Of a DNA stretch of 64,000 bases, positions 29,547 through 39,044 are shown in pieces; position 1 is the first letter of the stretch; every line of letters starts with the position of its first letter. The position numbers were made by a program, and so were the translations under genes. The notes under the pieces were generated by a model. It was not told the DNA's origin. It saw nothing but the letters and a program-made list of their open reading frames with translations, and did no database searches. The stretch lies in the IMG/VR virus record IMGVR_UViG_2061766007_000307; one strand, written 5' to 3'. The DNA comes from an uncultured virus (IMG/VR IMGVR_UViG_2061766007_000307) (lineage: Duplodnaviria > Heunggongvirae > Uroviricota > Caudoviricetes).

Positions 29547-31016
29547 TTAGCTGACTATAATTCTGGTATTTGATCCTGTATCAGCAATATATATTGTGTA
29601 ATCAGTTCCGCTGTACGAATATATAAGCTTAGCAGGATCGTCAATATAATCGTCTTGAGTAGGATCCCATATCTGGTGTGTGAATGTAGCACCTGATGGG
29701 ACCATGACGGCAAATGTAGACATGCTTTCAATATATACTGAATATCCGGCAGGAACTCTGTAATTATCTGCTATTGCTTCAAGCTCTGCATCTGTGAATA
29801 CATATGAATCTGTATCTGCTTTGTATGTATTAGGATAAGCTGTGTCTACTTCTAACATCATATCTGTAGAGCTATTGCTGCTGAATGGATACAGTCTCAA
29901 TGTCTCTTGGATCTTGCGGTCTGTTGTATTAGGATCTGTTGCTTTAGCATGAGTCCTCCATTCGGTACCTAGATCAGGTCCTGTTATAGGCGCTTCATGC
30001 CATGTTCCATTTACATTCAGATCAGATGTCACATTGCTGAAAGGCTTGTCCCATCCATCGAATATCCATCCGTCACGTACAGGATCGGCAGGTGCAACAG
30101 CATCACCTCCTTTATTGACTTTCTGTGTTTTTATAAGAGACCCGTTTACATACATATAGAACTTGACAGTGAACACTGTCTTCTCCCATGTTCCGTATAT
30201 ATTGGTATCAGTCTGAATATTTGTATAATCGCCGTTCCATCCAGTAAAAGTATAATCCTGTCTAGTCGGAGCAGATGGTGGTACTGCGTCATGTCCTTTC
30301 TTTATAGATTGCGTGCTTATGACAGAACCTCCGCTGTAATTATAGAACTTGACTGTGAATGTATCTCTTTCCCATGTTCCGTAGATATTCTTATCAGATG
30401 TAGCATTGAACGGCATAAGAGTGTCCCATCCCAGAAAAGCGTACCCTTCTCTTGTAGGGGATGTTGCTGGTGGATTCACTGGATTATTCTCTTTGACAGT
30501 CATAGACTCGAACAAGCTTCCACCGTTGTACGAATAGAAATTTATGGTGTATCTAGGAATAAGCTTATCCTCTACTATTGCTAATCTCCTTTCTAGATAA
30601 TCCACATACGACCTCAATACGACTGGGTCGTCAGAATCATTCATTCTCAGAGTATTAGGCTCTTCTATATTTATGATATACTCACCAGAGTTTAATTTTC
30701 TAGCAATAGTGGTAGTAGTTGCGCTTACGATCGCTGTAATGTTATTAGCATTAGCAGTTATGGCGTTCATAAGTGTTATATCCGCTGCTTTGCGCTCTGC
30801 TATCTCTTCAGTGAGGCCGTCTATACCAGAACCTCCACCTTCTGTTCCTATTTCAAACCATTGCCTGATGTTACCCTTCATTATATTCAGATATAAGCGG
30901 ATATTATCATCCGCTGCACTGATTTTCATCGCGTATAAAGGGTAGTCTTTTGCAGCAAGATACTCTCCCTTATTTTCAATAACAACGACTGCAGGATGTA
31001 ATGCATTTAATCTCAT
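29547..31016 (-). CDS. Protein with three InlB-B/Listeria-Bacteroides-type repeats (putative fibre/surface protein)
   Basis: Three xTVxFY...PTRxGYxFxGWD...GTW units. Confidence 0.8.
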   Translation of the reverse strand: MRLNALHPAVVVIENKGEYLAAKDYPLYAMKISAADDNIRLYLNIMKGNIRQWFEIGTEGGGSGIDGLTEEIAERKAADITLMNAITANANNITAIVSATTTTIARKLNSGEYIINIEEPNTLRMNDSDDPVVLRSYVDYLERRLAIVEDKLIPRYTINFYSYNGGSLFESMTVKENNPVNPPATSPTREGYAFLGWDTLMPFNATSDKNIYGTWERDTFTVKFYNYSGGSVISTQSIKKGHDAVPPSAPTRQDYTFTGWNGDYTNIQTDTNIYGTWEKTVFTVKFYMYVNGSLIKTQKVNKGGDAVAPADPVRDGWIFDGWDKPFSNVTSDLNVNGTWHEAPITGPDLGTEWRTHAKATDPNTTDRKIQETLRLYPFSSNSSTDMMLEVDTAYPNTYKADTDSYVFTDAELEAIADNYRVPAGYSVYIESMSTFAVMVPSGATFTHQIWDPTQDDYIDDPAKLIYSYSGTDYTIYIADTGSNTRIIVS

Positions 31017-31310
31017 TTCTAGTATTATCGCATATATTACATGAACTACCTTGAAAGGTTCCAGACGTCACAACTGTTCAGCCTGTATAATCGGATGTTC
31101 CTGCCGATATAATATGATCATACTGAAAATAAGATCATATCATATAAGATTTACAATAAGACAATAAGTCTGTATAAGACACAAAAAGAGCACCATCAAG
31201 TTTCACTGTTATGTACATCATCTGATCGCGATGGACCGCTCCTGCTATACAGGCACTAATGTACAGTTCGACTCTATCTGGTGCTCTCTGGTATGTTGTG
31301 TACAGAGCTG

Positions 31311-34100
31311 TTACTTCATGCTTGTCACAAATGTTATTCCGATAGTCAAGTCTAATGAATTGATATATGATCCTACATTAGCATAGACTTCAATAGGAGA
31401 CTCCACAGTTTTTGTCAGAGACATCAATTCAGGAGACGCTGTGCTTCCTGAAATGCTGACAGGTGCTATCACAACAGTAATAGGAACATCTATATATGCA
31501 TCATCTGAGAATGCTAGAGTAGATCCTTCATTGAATGAAATGCCATTAGCATCTGATGCCATGACAGTTGCAAAGTTCTCCAAGCTGCTGCTCTGTTTGC
31601 GGTATCGTGAATTATTGCTCTCGCTTATTTCAGTATCCATAGTTCCGTGATGTCTCAAAAGACCCACTTTCAGATATCTGTTATTGAACATCATAGAAGG
31701 GTCCAATGTAGTGTTCTCTGGATAATTTCCATCAATGAAATCAGAGAAATTATACAGCGAATATCCATTAGGAGCTTTAGATATCTTGGTGAATCTCACA
31801 TATTTAGACTTAGCAGATATGCGTAGAGTGTATCTCATTGTAGCTACATAGTCCACATCAGACTCGTCACTCTTACTGACAGTCTTGCCATTCTGTGATT
31901 TCAATAGCTCCATATATGCTGGAGTAGTCACTATATTGTTCGTTCCTTCGCTGATCTCGGTTTCTGTTCCGTCTGAAGCTATCAGAGTGAATTTGAAGTT
32001 ATTGATGTCTACTGCGTTGAAAGCATCGTTCAATTGCTGAGCTACTGTAGCTATATCTTTAAGCTTCTCATATAGCGATATAGGCTGCTGTTCTTCAGTC
32101 ACCCACCCAGATGCAATCTCTTCAGCACTGTGTCCGAAATACTTCTCACCTGCAGTGAATGATTTGGCCGTGTGTCTGAACATTCCGTTAGTAGCAAGAG
32201 TATTGTTGACAGATGCTTTGACCTGGTCTGCCTGATTTATATTCTGGAGGGCCTTTGTAGATGATCTTTCCAATGTAGAATCCCAAGGAACATAGATATC
32301 ATCGCTCCATGTAGACTTTTTAGGGTTCTCTGGATATCCCGCTTCAAATACATATCTGAACTGGATGATAGTATTATATCTTGTCTCAATAGGGATGACA
32401 AATGATGTCTGTTCTATTGTATTAGGATTCCATCTGAATTTGCGTGTAGTGTCATCCAGCTGGCGCGATCTGCAATAGAATGGAGTGTATCTCCATGCAT
32501 TGAATGGCACTTTAGTTCCATTCAGATCATAATACTCCTTCTTCTGTATATCAGAATCGTTTCCGATGAATCTATATCTCAATTCGACACCTATACATTC
32601 AAATGGTATATCTAACGCTGCAAGCTTGACAATACCATGTATCTCATATTTAGATTCAAGTGCATTAGTGCTCAGTTCATCTGATATATTGAATACTAAT
32701 GTATTGAACTCATTCTGTGCATCTTCTAGAGACTGTGTCACTCTCGCAAGTTCATTCTGGGCTGCGGATCCTGCTGATGTGCCTGATGAGATGATGTTGC
32801 GCAATACATTGATTCTATCTCTGTATGCCTCAATTGTATTCTCTACAGATTTCTTCTGAGATTCTAGCTGCGTTATCTTTGTATAGCTTGATGATGATAT
32901 ATCTCTTGATACATCTACAATAGTGAATGATACATTATCTGTATTTGTGCTGTCTGGTGCTATTATGTCTTCGACAATATTAGCATCGTTCCAGTCATCT
33001 CGTGTGAAGTATGTATCCTTTCTGTATTTGTCCAAGTATTTTCCTAGATCTAGGATTCCGCTGCAGATAGAGTCTGGCGTGGTAGCATTGATATGGATCT
33101 GTTCACCTTCCTCATGTCTATATCCTGTTTTTGTAATCAGTGTAGGGTATATCCAATATTGGTATCTGTTTGATAATGAGAACTTTATAACTCCAGTCTT
33201 TCTGTCACCATCGATATATGGGAATAACTGTGAGCCTACTGTGATAGGCTGGTATCCATCGACATAGCTGACTTTGATATATGATCTGGTCTTATCAATG
33301 ATCTCTACTTTCACACGGGTGTCATGATATCCTTGGCTATTGTATAATGTAAGGACATCTCCTTGGCTGATAGGATAGACAGACCCTTCCTTGCCTCTGA
33401 ATGCTATATCTGAGATATAATAGATCTTCTTATGTTCTACATTCTCATCGACATCGACACTTTCCGTGTCTACAACTCTCAATACATACACACCTCCATA
33501 TGCAGACATATCTGCAGGCTCTATGTCTCTGATGACCTTGAAATGCGAATATTCTTCAATAGTATCATTCTCTTTCCATTGATCAAAAAGCTGTTTTAAC
33601 TGAGAGAAAGGCTTATTCAGTGTTTCTGTATTAGGAATGTTTTCTTTGCCGTGATAAGCTATTATATTGAGCTCTACTCGGTCTTCTTTGTTGTACAATG
33701 TGACTGGAATATCTACTGTCACATCCTTCTCCATCATATTGATGATAGAATCGGATTTGCTGTACACGAAATCACCCTTGACCACTTCTGTAGATCTAGG
33801 GATATCCAGCCTGTTGATGTACATTTTTCTATAAGAACCATCTGACATCCTCACAATACTGTCTCCAGTAGCACCCATCAAGGTCTCTAGGGTCGAATCT
33901 ATTCTATCTACCCTAGATTTCATATAGCCCAAAGAAGGAAGTTCAATATCTCGAGCCTCTCCGCTCGCTAGATATATCTGTGTCTTGACAGATGGCTGGT
34001 TAGAGAATACAGCTTCATGAATTGCAGAATACATATTCATGTTGTTCGCTGTAATTTTAACTATTTGGTCAAGGACTCCTGATAAACTATTTTGAATCAT
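31311..34100 (-). CDS. Large putative virion protein with central coiled coil
   Basis: 929 aa, directly downstream of tail sheath. Confidence 0.7.
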   Translation of the reverse strand: MIQNSLSGVLDQIVKITANNMNMYSAIHEAVFSNQPSVKTQIYLASGEARDIELPSLGYMKSRVDRIDSTLETLMGATGDSIVRMSDGSYRKMYINRLDIPRSTEVVKGDFVYSKSDSIINMMEKDVTVDIPVTLYNKEDRVELNIIAYHGKENIPNTETLNKPFSQLKQLFDQWKENDTIEEYSHFKVIRDIEPADMSAYGGVYVLRVVDTESVDVDENVEHKKIYYISDIAFRGKEGSVYPISQGDVLTLYNSQGYHDTRVKVEIIDKTRSYIKVSYVDGYQPITVGSQLFPYIDGDRKTGVIKFSLSNRYQYWIYPTLITKTGYRHEEGEQIHINATTPDSICSGILDLGKYLDKYRKDTYFTRDDWNDANIVEDIIAPDSTNTDNVSFTIVDVSRDISSSSYTKITQLESQKKSVENTIEAYRDRINVLRNIISSGTSAGSAAQNELARVTQSLEDAQNEFNTLVFNISDELSTNALESKYEIHGIVKLAALDIPFECIGVELRYRFIGNDSDIQKKEYYDLNGTKVPFNAWRYTPFYCRSRQLDDTTRKFRWNPNTIEQTSFVIPIETRYNTIIQFRYVFEAGYPENPKKSTWSDDIYVPWDSTLERSSTKALQNINQADQVKASVNNTLATNGMFRHTAKSFTAGEKYFGHSAEEIASGWVTEEQQPISLYEKLKDIATVAQQLNDAFNAVDINNFKFTLIASDGTETEISEGTNNIVTTPAYMELLKSQNGKTVSKSDESDVDYVATMRYTLRISAKSKYVRFTKISKAPNGYSLYNFSDFIDGNYPENTTLDPSMMFNNRYLKVGLLRHHGTMDTEISESNNSRYRKQSSSLENFATVMASDANGISFNEGSTLAFSDDAYIDVPITVVIAPVSISGSTASPELMSLTKTVESPIEVYANVGSYINSLDLTIGITFVTSMK

Positions 34101-34125
34101 AATGCATCAATTATACACATATAAA

Positions 34126-34156
34126 AATAGGCAGTGAGCAGAAAACCCACTGCCTA
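34126..34156 (-). terminator. Terminator after tail sheath
   Basis: ATAGGCAGTG...CACTGCCTAT with T-tract on the minus strand. Confidence 0.7.
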
Positions 34157-34176
34157 TCTTATTTAACCATGTTAGA

Positions 34177-36831
34177 TTACTCTGCGTTAGAAGTAAGCGC
34201 GCCTGTAGGAAGGATATAGCAGCGCTGAACAAGCTTCTCCATAGGACGGGCACCTTCGATCTTGATGTCAAGGACACCATAGAAATTGTCGATAATCTCT
34301 GCAGTATTATTAGTACTGTTCATGATTACCTCAAAGGCAGTCAATCCACCTGAACGCTGTGGAGTAGCTGTCACACTCTTCAAGAATGTGTTACATTTTG
34401 AAACTATCTCTGTTCTGATAGATTCGGTGTTCTCCTGGAATACATATGGTCTGATGATATTCTCGATCTCATCCATGATGTAAACCACGAAATCTCTGAA
34501 GCTCAATGCAGATAGTGCAGAAACAGGCTTCTGTTTAGCAGTCTTGTTACCATATACACATATTGTGTTCTGTTCATCTCCAGCATCAATGATAGCATTG
34601 ATACCCATAGCTTCAAGCCATTCTCTATCTTTTGTAGACAATGGAACTTCTGGGTTGTATCCTGGAAGAGCACCTCTCAATGTACCTGCAGCAACAGACC
34701 AAGGATTGTCTTTCTGGATGAACAGATTAGAAACTACACCTGCGGGAGGAAGAAGCTTAGCACCCTTGCGGTTCCATGGGTAGAAGTATCCTACATGTGT
34801 TGCGCCATCCTTGATATTAGGCACTGTGAAGATATCAGATGTTGCTATTGCTTTGTAATTCAAGCTGCCGAACTCATCTGTGAAATCATCTACCTTAGTC
34901 AATGCCAATGCAGAAGGTGCGTTAAGAAGGCCTGTTGCGTGCTGTGCCATACATACCTTAGCAAAGATTGCCTTAGAGCTAGGTTCGATGCCGTATCCCC
35001 AGCAGTCTACCAAGTATCTGAATGATACTACCATACGGTCTGTGATAGCCTTCCACATATTAGTATGTCCATAAACAGCTTCAGGAGCAGGTTCAGGTTC
35101 CCACTTGCCTGTAGTCTTGTTGCGAAGAGTCACAGCATATTTCAAAGGAGTATCTTCGGCATCTCTCAATGAATGAAGGATAGCCTTATAGTTGTTAGGG
35201 TTAGATGCACATGGCTCTACACCGACCTCAATCTTATCCATATGTGATGTCTCAAGGATCTTCTTCTCTGCAGGAGTGCCCTTCTCACAATAAGGAACTG
35301 TGAATCCTATGATATTAGTTGTAGATGCAAGATTTCTCAAGAATGTATCTATTGAAATATCTGTGCCTGCAGCATTTGTCAAGCCTGGAACAGATGCTCC
35401 TGTGTATGTATATACACCTGTGATACCATTACAGTCAAACAATGCGTCATCCATTCTGATGAACTGCAATGAAGATGCATGCTCGCCAAGACCCCAAGAT
35501 TTCATCAATGAGATCATGTCATTAGACAATGTCTTGACATCGCTGAAGATCACTATTGTAAACATGAAGTCAGCCAAAGTGTAATCAGATGCACTGAATC
35601 CTTTCTCATCTAGATATTCCTGCAGCTCGAATGGAATGTCATTTCCGTAGTAGTCTGAAATAGGAATATTGTATGCAAGCATTGATGATGTATCGCTTGG
35701 AGTCTTGTATACATATGCTCTGATATCATTACCAGAAGCGTTTGCAATATATACGAAAGGCTGTCCATCATATGTCTCATCATCAGCAGGGTTCAAATGA
35801 ACTGATGTATCGTATGGGTTAGACAAGATGCGGTTACCCAAAACGTCATTAGTTCCCAATAGCTTCACAATATCAATTGTGATGATATCTACCTCAGATT
35901 CGCTTGGTTCAGGCTCATCAGCAATTGTCAATGTAACGTTATCGCCAGAGCGAGTAATTGCTATATTAAGCTGGCGGTCATTAGAATATACATTGTCTAT
36001 ATCTGTAACGTAAACATGAGGTGTTTCTGATAGATACTCAGCCTTAGGATAGATCAACACATCTACAGGCTCTACATTTTCGTCCAAGATACTCGCTCCT
36101 GTCGGATCATCTGGGTTAGGGATATATCTGCAAAGATGTGCGCGACCGATAGGCTTATAAGTAGCATTGGCTATGTACCATAGGTTGTCGCTGTCTTTGT
36201 TGATGTCTTCTGAGAATATAATGACATTCAGATAATCATATTCTGCAAGCGCTGCAGCAGCTGCTGTATTATCTGTTCCATTGTTCTCAGTACCATTCTC
36301 TGTGTCATCACCTGCAAGATTACTCCATGTAACAACAGATTCGTCTGTAAAGTCACATAGCAATTTCTTTTCGCCTAACGTGATGATGTTCTGATCATTT
36401 ATAGAATCGCGCAAGCGGTCAGGCCATGGCTCATACCACAAAGCCGTAGAGAAAGCTCCTTTGATCGGTGATGCGAAAGGCTGTGCAAACTTTGTACCTA
36501 TTGCATATCCATCAATAACATTCTCTGCGTCACCATATGAATGAAGGTTAAGCGCAATAATCGGACCAGCTTTCAACATTTCAATAGCTGTACGATGGAA
36601 GAAACATCCGTTAGCCTCTAGTTTAGGGTCGATGTTGCCAAATATAGATACAAACTGATCTGAATCGTTGATCTTAAATGGCTTGTTGAATGGGCCTTTG
36701 TAAGAAAAGCCTGGAACAATTCGGCCTCTTGAATATGTGCTCTCGTATGTTGGCTGCATAGTGCTCAAATCGAACTCGCGGCGGTAAACACCGGCAGACT
36801 TGATACTAACTAATTCTTGAGATATTGCCAT
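34177..36831 (-). CDS. Contractile tail sheath protein (gp18-like)
   Basis: SAGVYRREFD, GPFNKP, FVSIFG, PWSVAAGTLRG, GINAI, YGNKT, VFQENT, STNNTAEIID. Confidence 0.92.
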   Translation of the reverse strand: MAISQELVSIKSAGVYRREFDLSTMQPTYESTYSRGRIVPGFSYKGPFNKPFKINDSDQFVSIFGNIDPKLEANGCFFHRTAIEMLKAGPIIALNLHSYGDAENVIDGYAIGTKFAQPFASPIKGAFSTALWYEPWPDRLRDSINDQNIITLGEKKLLCDFTDESVVTWSNLAGDDTENGTENNGTDNTAAAAALAEYDYLNVIIFSEDINKDSDNLWYIANATYKPIGRAHLCRYIPNPDDPTGASILDENVEPVDVLIYPKAEYLSETPHVYVTDIDNVYSNDRQLNIAITRSGDNVTLTIADEPEPSESEVDIITIDIVKLLGTNDVLGNRILSNPYDTSVHLNPADDETYDGQPFVYIANASGNDIRAYVYKTPSDTSSMLAYNIPISDYYGNDIPFELQEYLDEKGFSASDYTLADFMFTIVIFSDVKTLSNDMISLMKSWGLGEHASSLQFIRMDDALFDCNGITGVYTYTGASVPGLTNAAGTDISIDTFLRNLASTTNIIGFTVPYCEKGTPAEKKILETSHMDKIEVGVEPCASNPNNYKAILHSLRDAEDTPLKYAVTLRNKTTGKWEPEPAPEAVYGHTNMWKAITDRMVVSFRYLVDCWGYGIEPSSKAIFAKVCMAQHATGLLNAPSALALTKVDDFTDEFGSLNYKAIATSDIFTVPNIKDGATHVGYFYPWNRKGAKLLPPAGVVSNLFIQKDNPWSVAAGTLRGALPGYNPEVPLSTKDREWLEAMGINAIIDAGDEQNTICVYGNKTAKQKPVSALSALSFRDFVVYIMDEIENIIRPYVFQENTESIRTEIVSKCNTFLKSVTATPQRSGGLTAFEVIMNSTNNTAEIIDNFYGVLDIKIEGARPMEKLVQRCYILPTGALTSNAE

Positions 36832-36874
36832 AATTTGTTATATAGTCTATTATATTCTTATTTACTGTCTTACC

Positions 36875-37071
36875 TGAAACAACAAAAACAATGTGCAATG
36901 TCTATCTGACACTGCACATTGCGCCCACCCCAAATAATGGTCATTATTTATGTTATGACCTTGACGCTTCATTGGATGGTCAAAGGGAATCATCCTCCAC
37001 GCCCATGAACACGTTTATTAACATGCACGTAACCATCGAATATATAATCACAAAGATATGGCAATATGCTC
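36875..37071 (-). ncRNA. Stand-alone family-2 omegaRNA-like unit 1 (promoter, scaffold, variable segment, terminator)
   Basis: GTGATTATA, then GGGCGTGGAGGATG...CATCCAATGAAGCGTCAA aligning with the tnpB-2 3' end, then CAATGTGCAGTGTC/GACATTGCACATTG and a T-tract. Confidence 0.7.
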
Positions 37072-37234
37072 TGAAACAATAAAAAACAATGTACAATGTC
37101 TATATGACACTGCACATTGCGCCCTCCAAACAATGGTCATTATCTATGACCTTGACGCTTCACAGGATGGCCAAAGGGAAGCATCCTCCACGCCCATGAA
37201 CACGCTTGTTAACATGCACGTAACCATCAATATT
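37072..37234 (-). ncRNA. Family-2 omegaRNA-like unit 2 (own promoter replaced by the family-1 cassette)
   Basis: Direct repeat of unit 1. Confidence 0.7.
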
Positions 37235-37480
37235 GTGAACTACCCATGAACTAAAGATTCATAGGCTTCGGATTTCAACGGGATGTTTGTGTTGCGTACA
37301 GACCAACTTTTCAATTGGTTTAGACTCCGTCTTATTAGTCCCTCCCTCCGTATAATCGACTGTCCCGGCCGATGTTGTTTTATCAACACTGTAAAGATAC
37401 AATAATGATTTTACGTTTACACGAAATTTTAGACTTTTGTGTGATTCATCTAAGAAATTAAAGATTTCTGGGTTTCTCGT
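37235..37480 (-). mobile_element. Family-1 omegaRNA cassette with left end
   Basis: Homologous to 12810 and 38722. Confidence 0.85.
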
Positions 37481-37481
37481 A

Positions 37482-37672
37482 TGAAACAACAAAAACAATG
37501 TGCAATGTTTAATAAACACTGCACATTGCGCCCACCAAATAATGGTCAATTATTTATGACCTTGACGCTTCACTGGATGGCAAAAGGGATCATCCTCCAC
37601 GCCCATGAACACGCTTATTAACATGCACGTAATCATCAAATATATAATCACACAGATATGGCAATATGCTCT
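37482..37672 (-). ncRNA. Family-2 omegaRNA-like unit 3
   Basis: Direct repeat of unit 1 with GTGATTATA at 37643-37651. Confidence 0.7.
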
Positions 37673-37679
37673 GATTGGA

Positions 37680-38720
37680 AATAAAATATGCAATACCCTC
37701 GCGAGCACTGCATATATGAGAATTATCTGTTTAATTTTCTAACGTAAAGATACTATATTATAATGTATGTTCCAACAGAAACTTTGAAAATCTTTTCAAT
37801 ATATACAAAAAAGATAGCAGTACCCTCACGAGCATTGCTATCAGATGAATTTAATATTATTAAGTATGTACCGTGAACTGCCCACGAACCAAAGATTCGC
37901 GTGCTTCGGATTTCAACGGGATATTTGCGTTGCGTACAGACCAACTGAAAAGTTAGTTTAGACTCCGTCTTATTAGTCCCTCCCTCCGTATAATCGACCG
38001 TCCCAGCCGATGTTGGTTATCAACACTGTAAAGATACAACAATATTCTATATGATCAAACAAAAGCCTTGTTTATTGTATGTAAGTAACAAAAAGAAATG
38101 CAGTGCTCTCACGAGCACTGCATTCAAATGATTAATTTTTTATGGATTAGTTTTGTGTGCTGTAAAGATACAATAATGTTCTATATGATCAAACAAAAAC
38201 ATTGTTTATTGTATGTAAGCAACAAAAAGAAATGCAGTACTCTCACGAGCGCTGCATTCAAAGGATTAAATTTTATTGATTATGATACTGTAAAGATACT
38301 ATAATGTTCTGAATATCCAAACAGAAATATAGAAATTTTTCATATAATAAATATACAAAAGAAAAGCAGCACTCTCACGAGCACTGCTAGTCGAAAGGAT
38401 TATATTGTATTATGATATTGTAAAGATACTATGAAGTTCTGAATATCCAAACAGAAATAGAGAAATTTTTCATGTGATATATAAAAATGCAGTACTCTCA
38501 CGAGCACTGCATTCCTGGAAACATAAAAAAAATATAAAAAATAAATGGATGATCTTATTTTAGCTTAAATGCATAAAATTTATCCGCAGCTAAAGAACAA
38601 CACGTCCTATTGCCTGTATGTATGCATTTATATACATATAATCACGCAGAAATCTCTTTTTGATGCAAATATAAACAAAAAAAATAACATGCATTATTCT
38701 CGCGAGCATTGCATGTTATA
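37680..38720 (-). ncRNA. Array of seven conserved-hairpin sRNA-like units
   Basis: TGCAGTRCYCTCRCGAGCACTGCA-type hairpins at 37686, 37813, 38097, 38231, 38365, 38486, 38684, each with a T-tract 3' on the minus strand; TATCTTTAC motif about 30-35 nt upstream of four of them. Confidence 0.65.
37873..38037 (-). ncRNA. Family-1 omegaRNA without left end, using an sRNA-array promoter and terminator
   Basis: Upstream sequence 38026-38095 matches array unit 38160-38230 rather than the left-end hairpin. Confidence 0.7.
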
Positions 38721-38721
38721 A

Positions 38722-38969
38722 GTGAACTACTCATGAACTAAAGATTCATGAGCTTCGGATTTCAACGGGATGTTTGCGTTGCGTACAGACCGACTGAAAA
38801 GTTGGTTTAGACTCCGTCTTATTAGTCCCTCCCTCCGTATAATCGACCGTTCCAGCCGATGTTGTTTATCAACACTGTAAATATACAATAATGATTTTAT
38901 ATTTACAAGAAATTTTGAACTTTTTTGTGCGATTCATCCCAGAAACTGAAGATTTCTGGGTTTTCTCGT
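38722..38969 (-). mobile_element. Family-1 omegaRNA cassette with left end
   Basis: Complete ungapped copy; TCAT precedes the left end. Confidence 0.88.
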
Positions 38970-39044
38970 ATGATTTTATAAAGGTGCTGGATGCAATAAG
39001 AGCATGCAACACCTTTACCTTAAAGAGACGTATATATGCATTGA

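Noticed and set aside
37680..38720. CRISPR array from the palindromic hairpin repeats
   Set aside because: Repeats vary, inter-repeat DNA is ~100 bp and mutually homologous with promoter motifs
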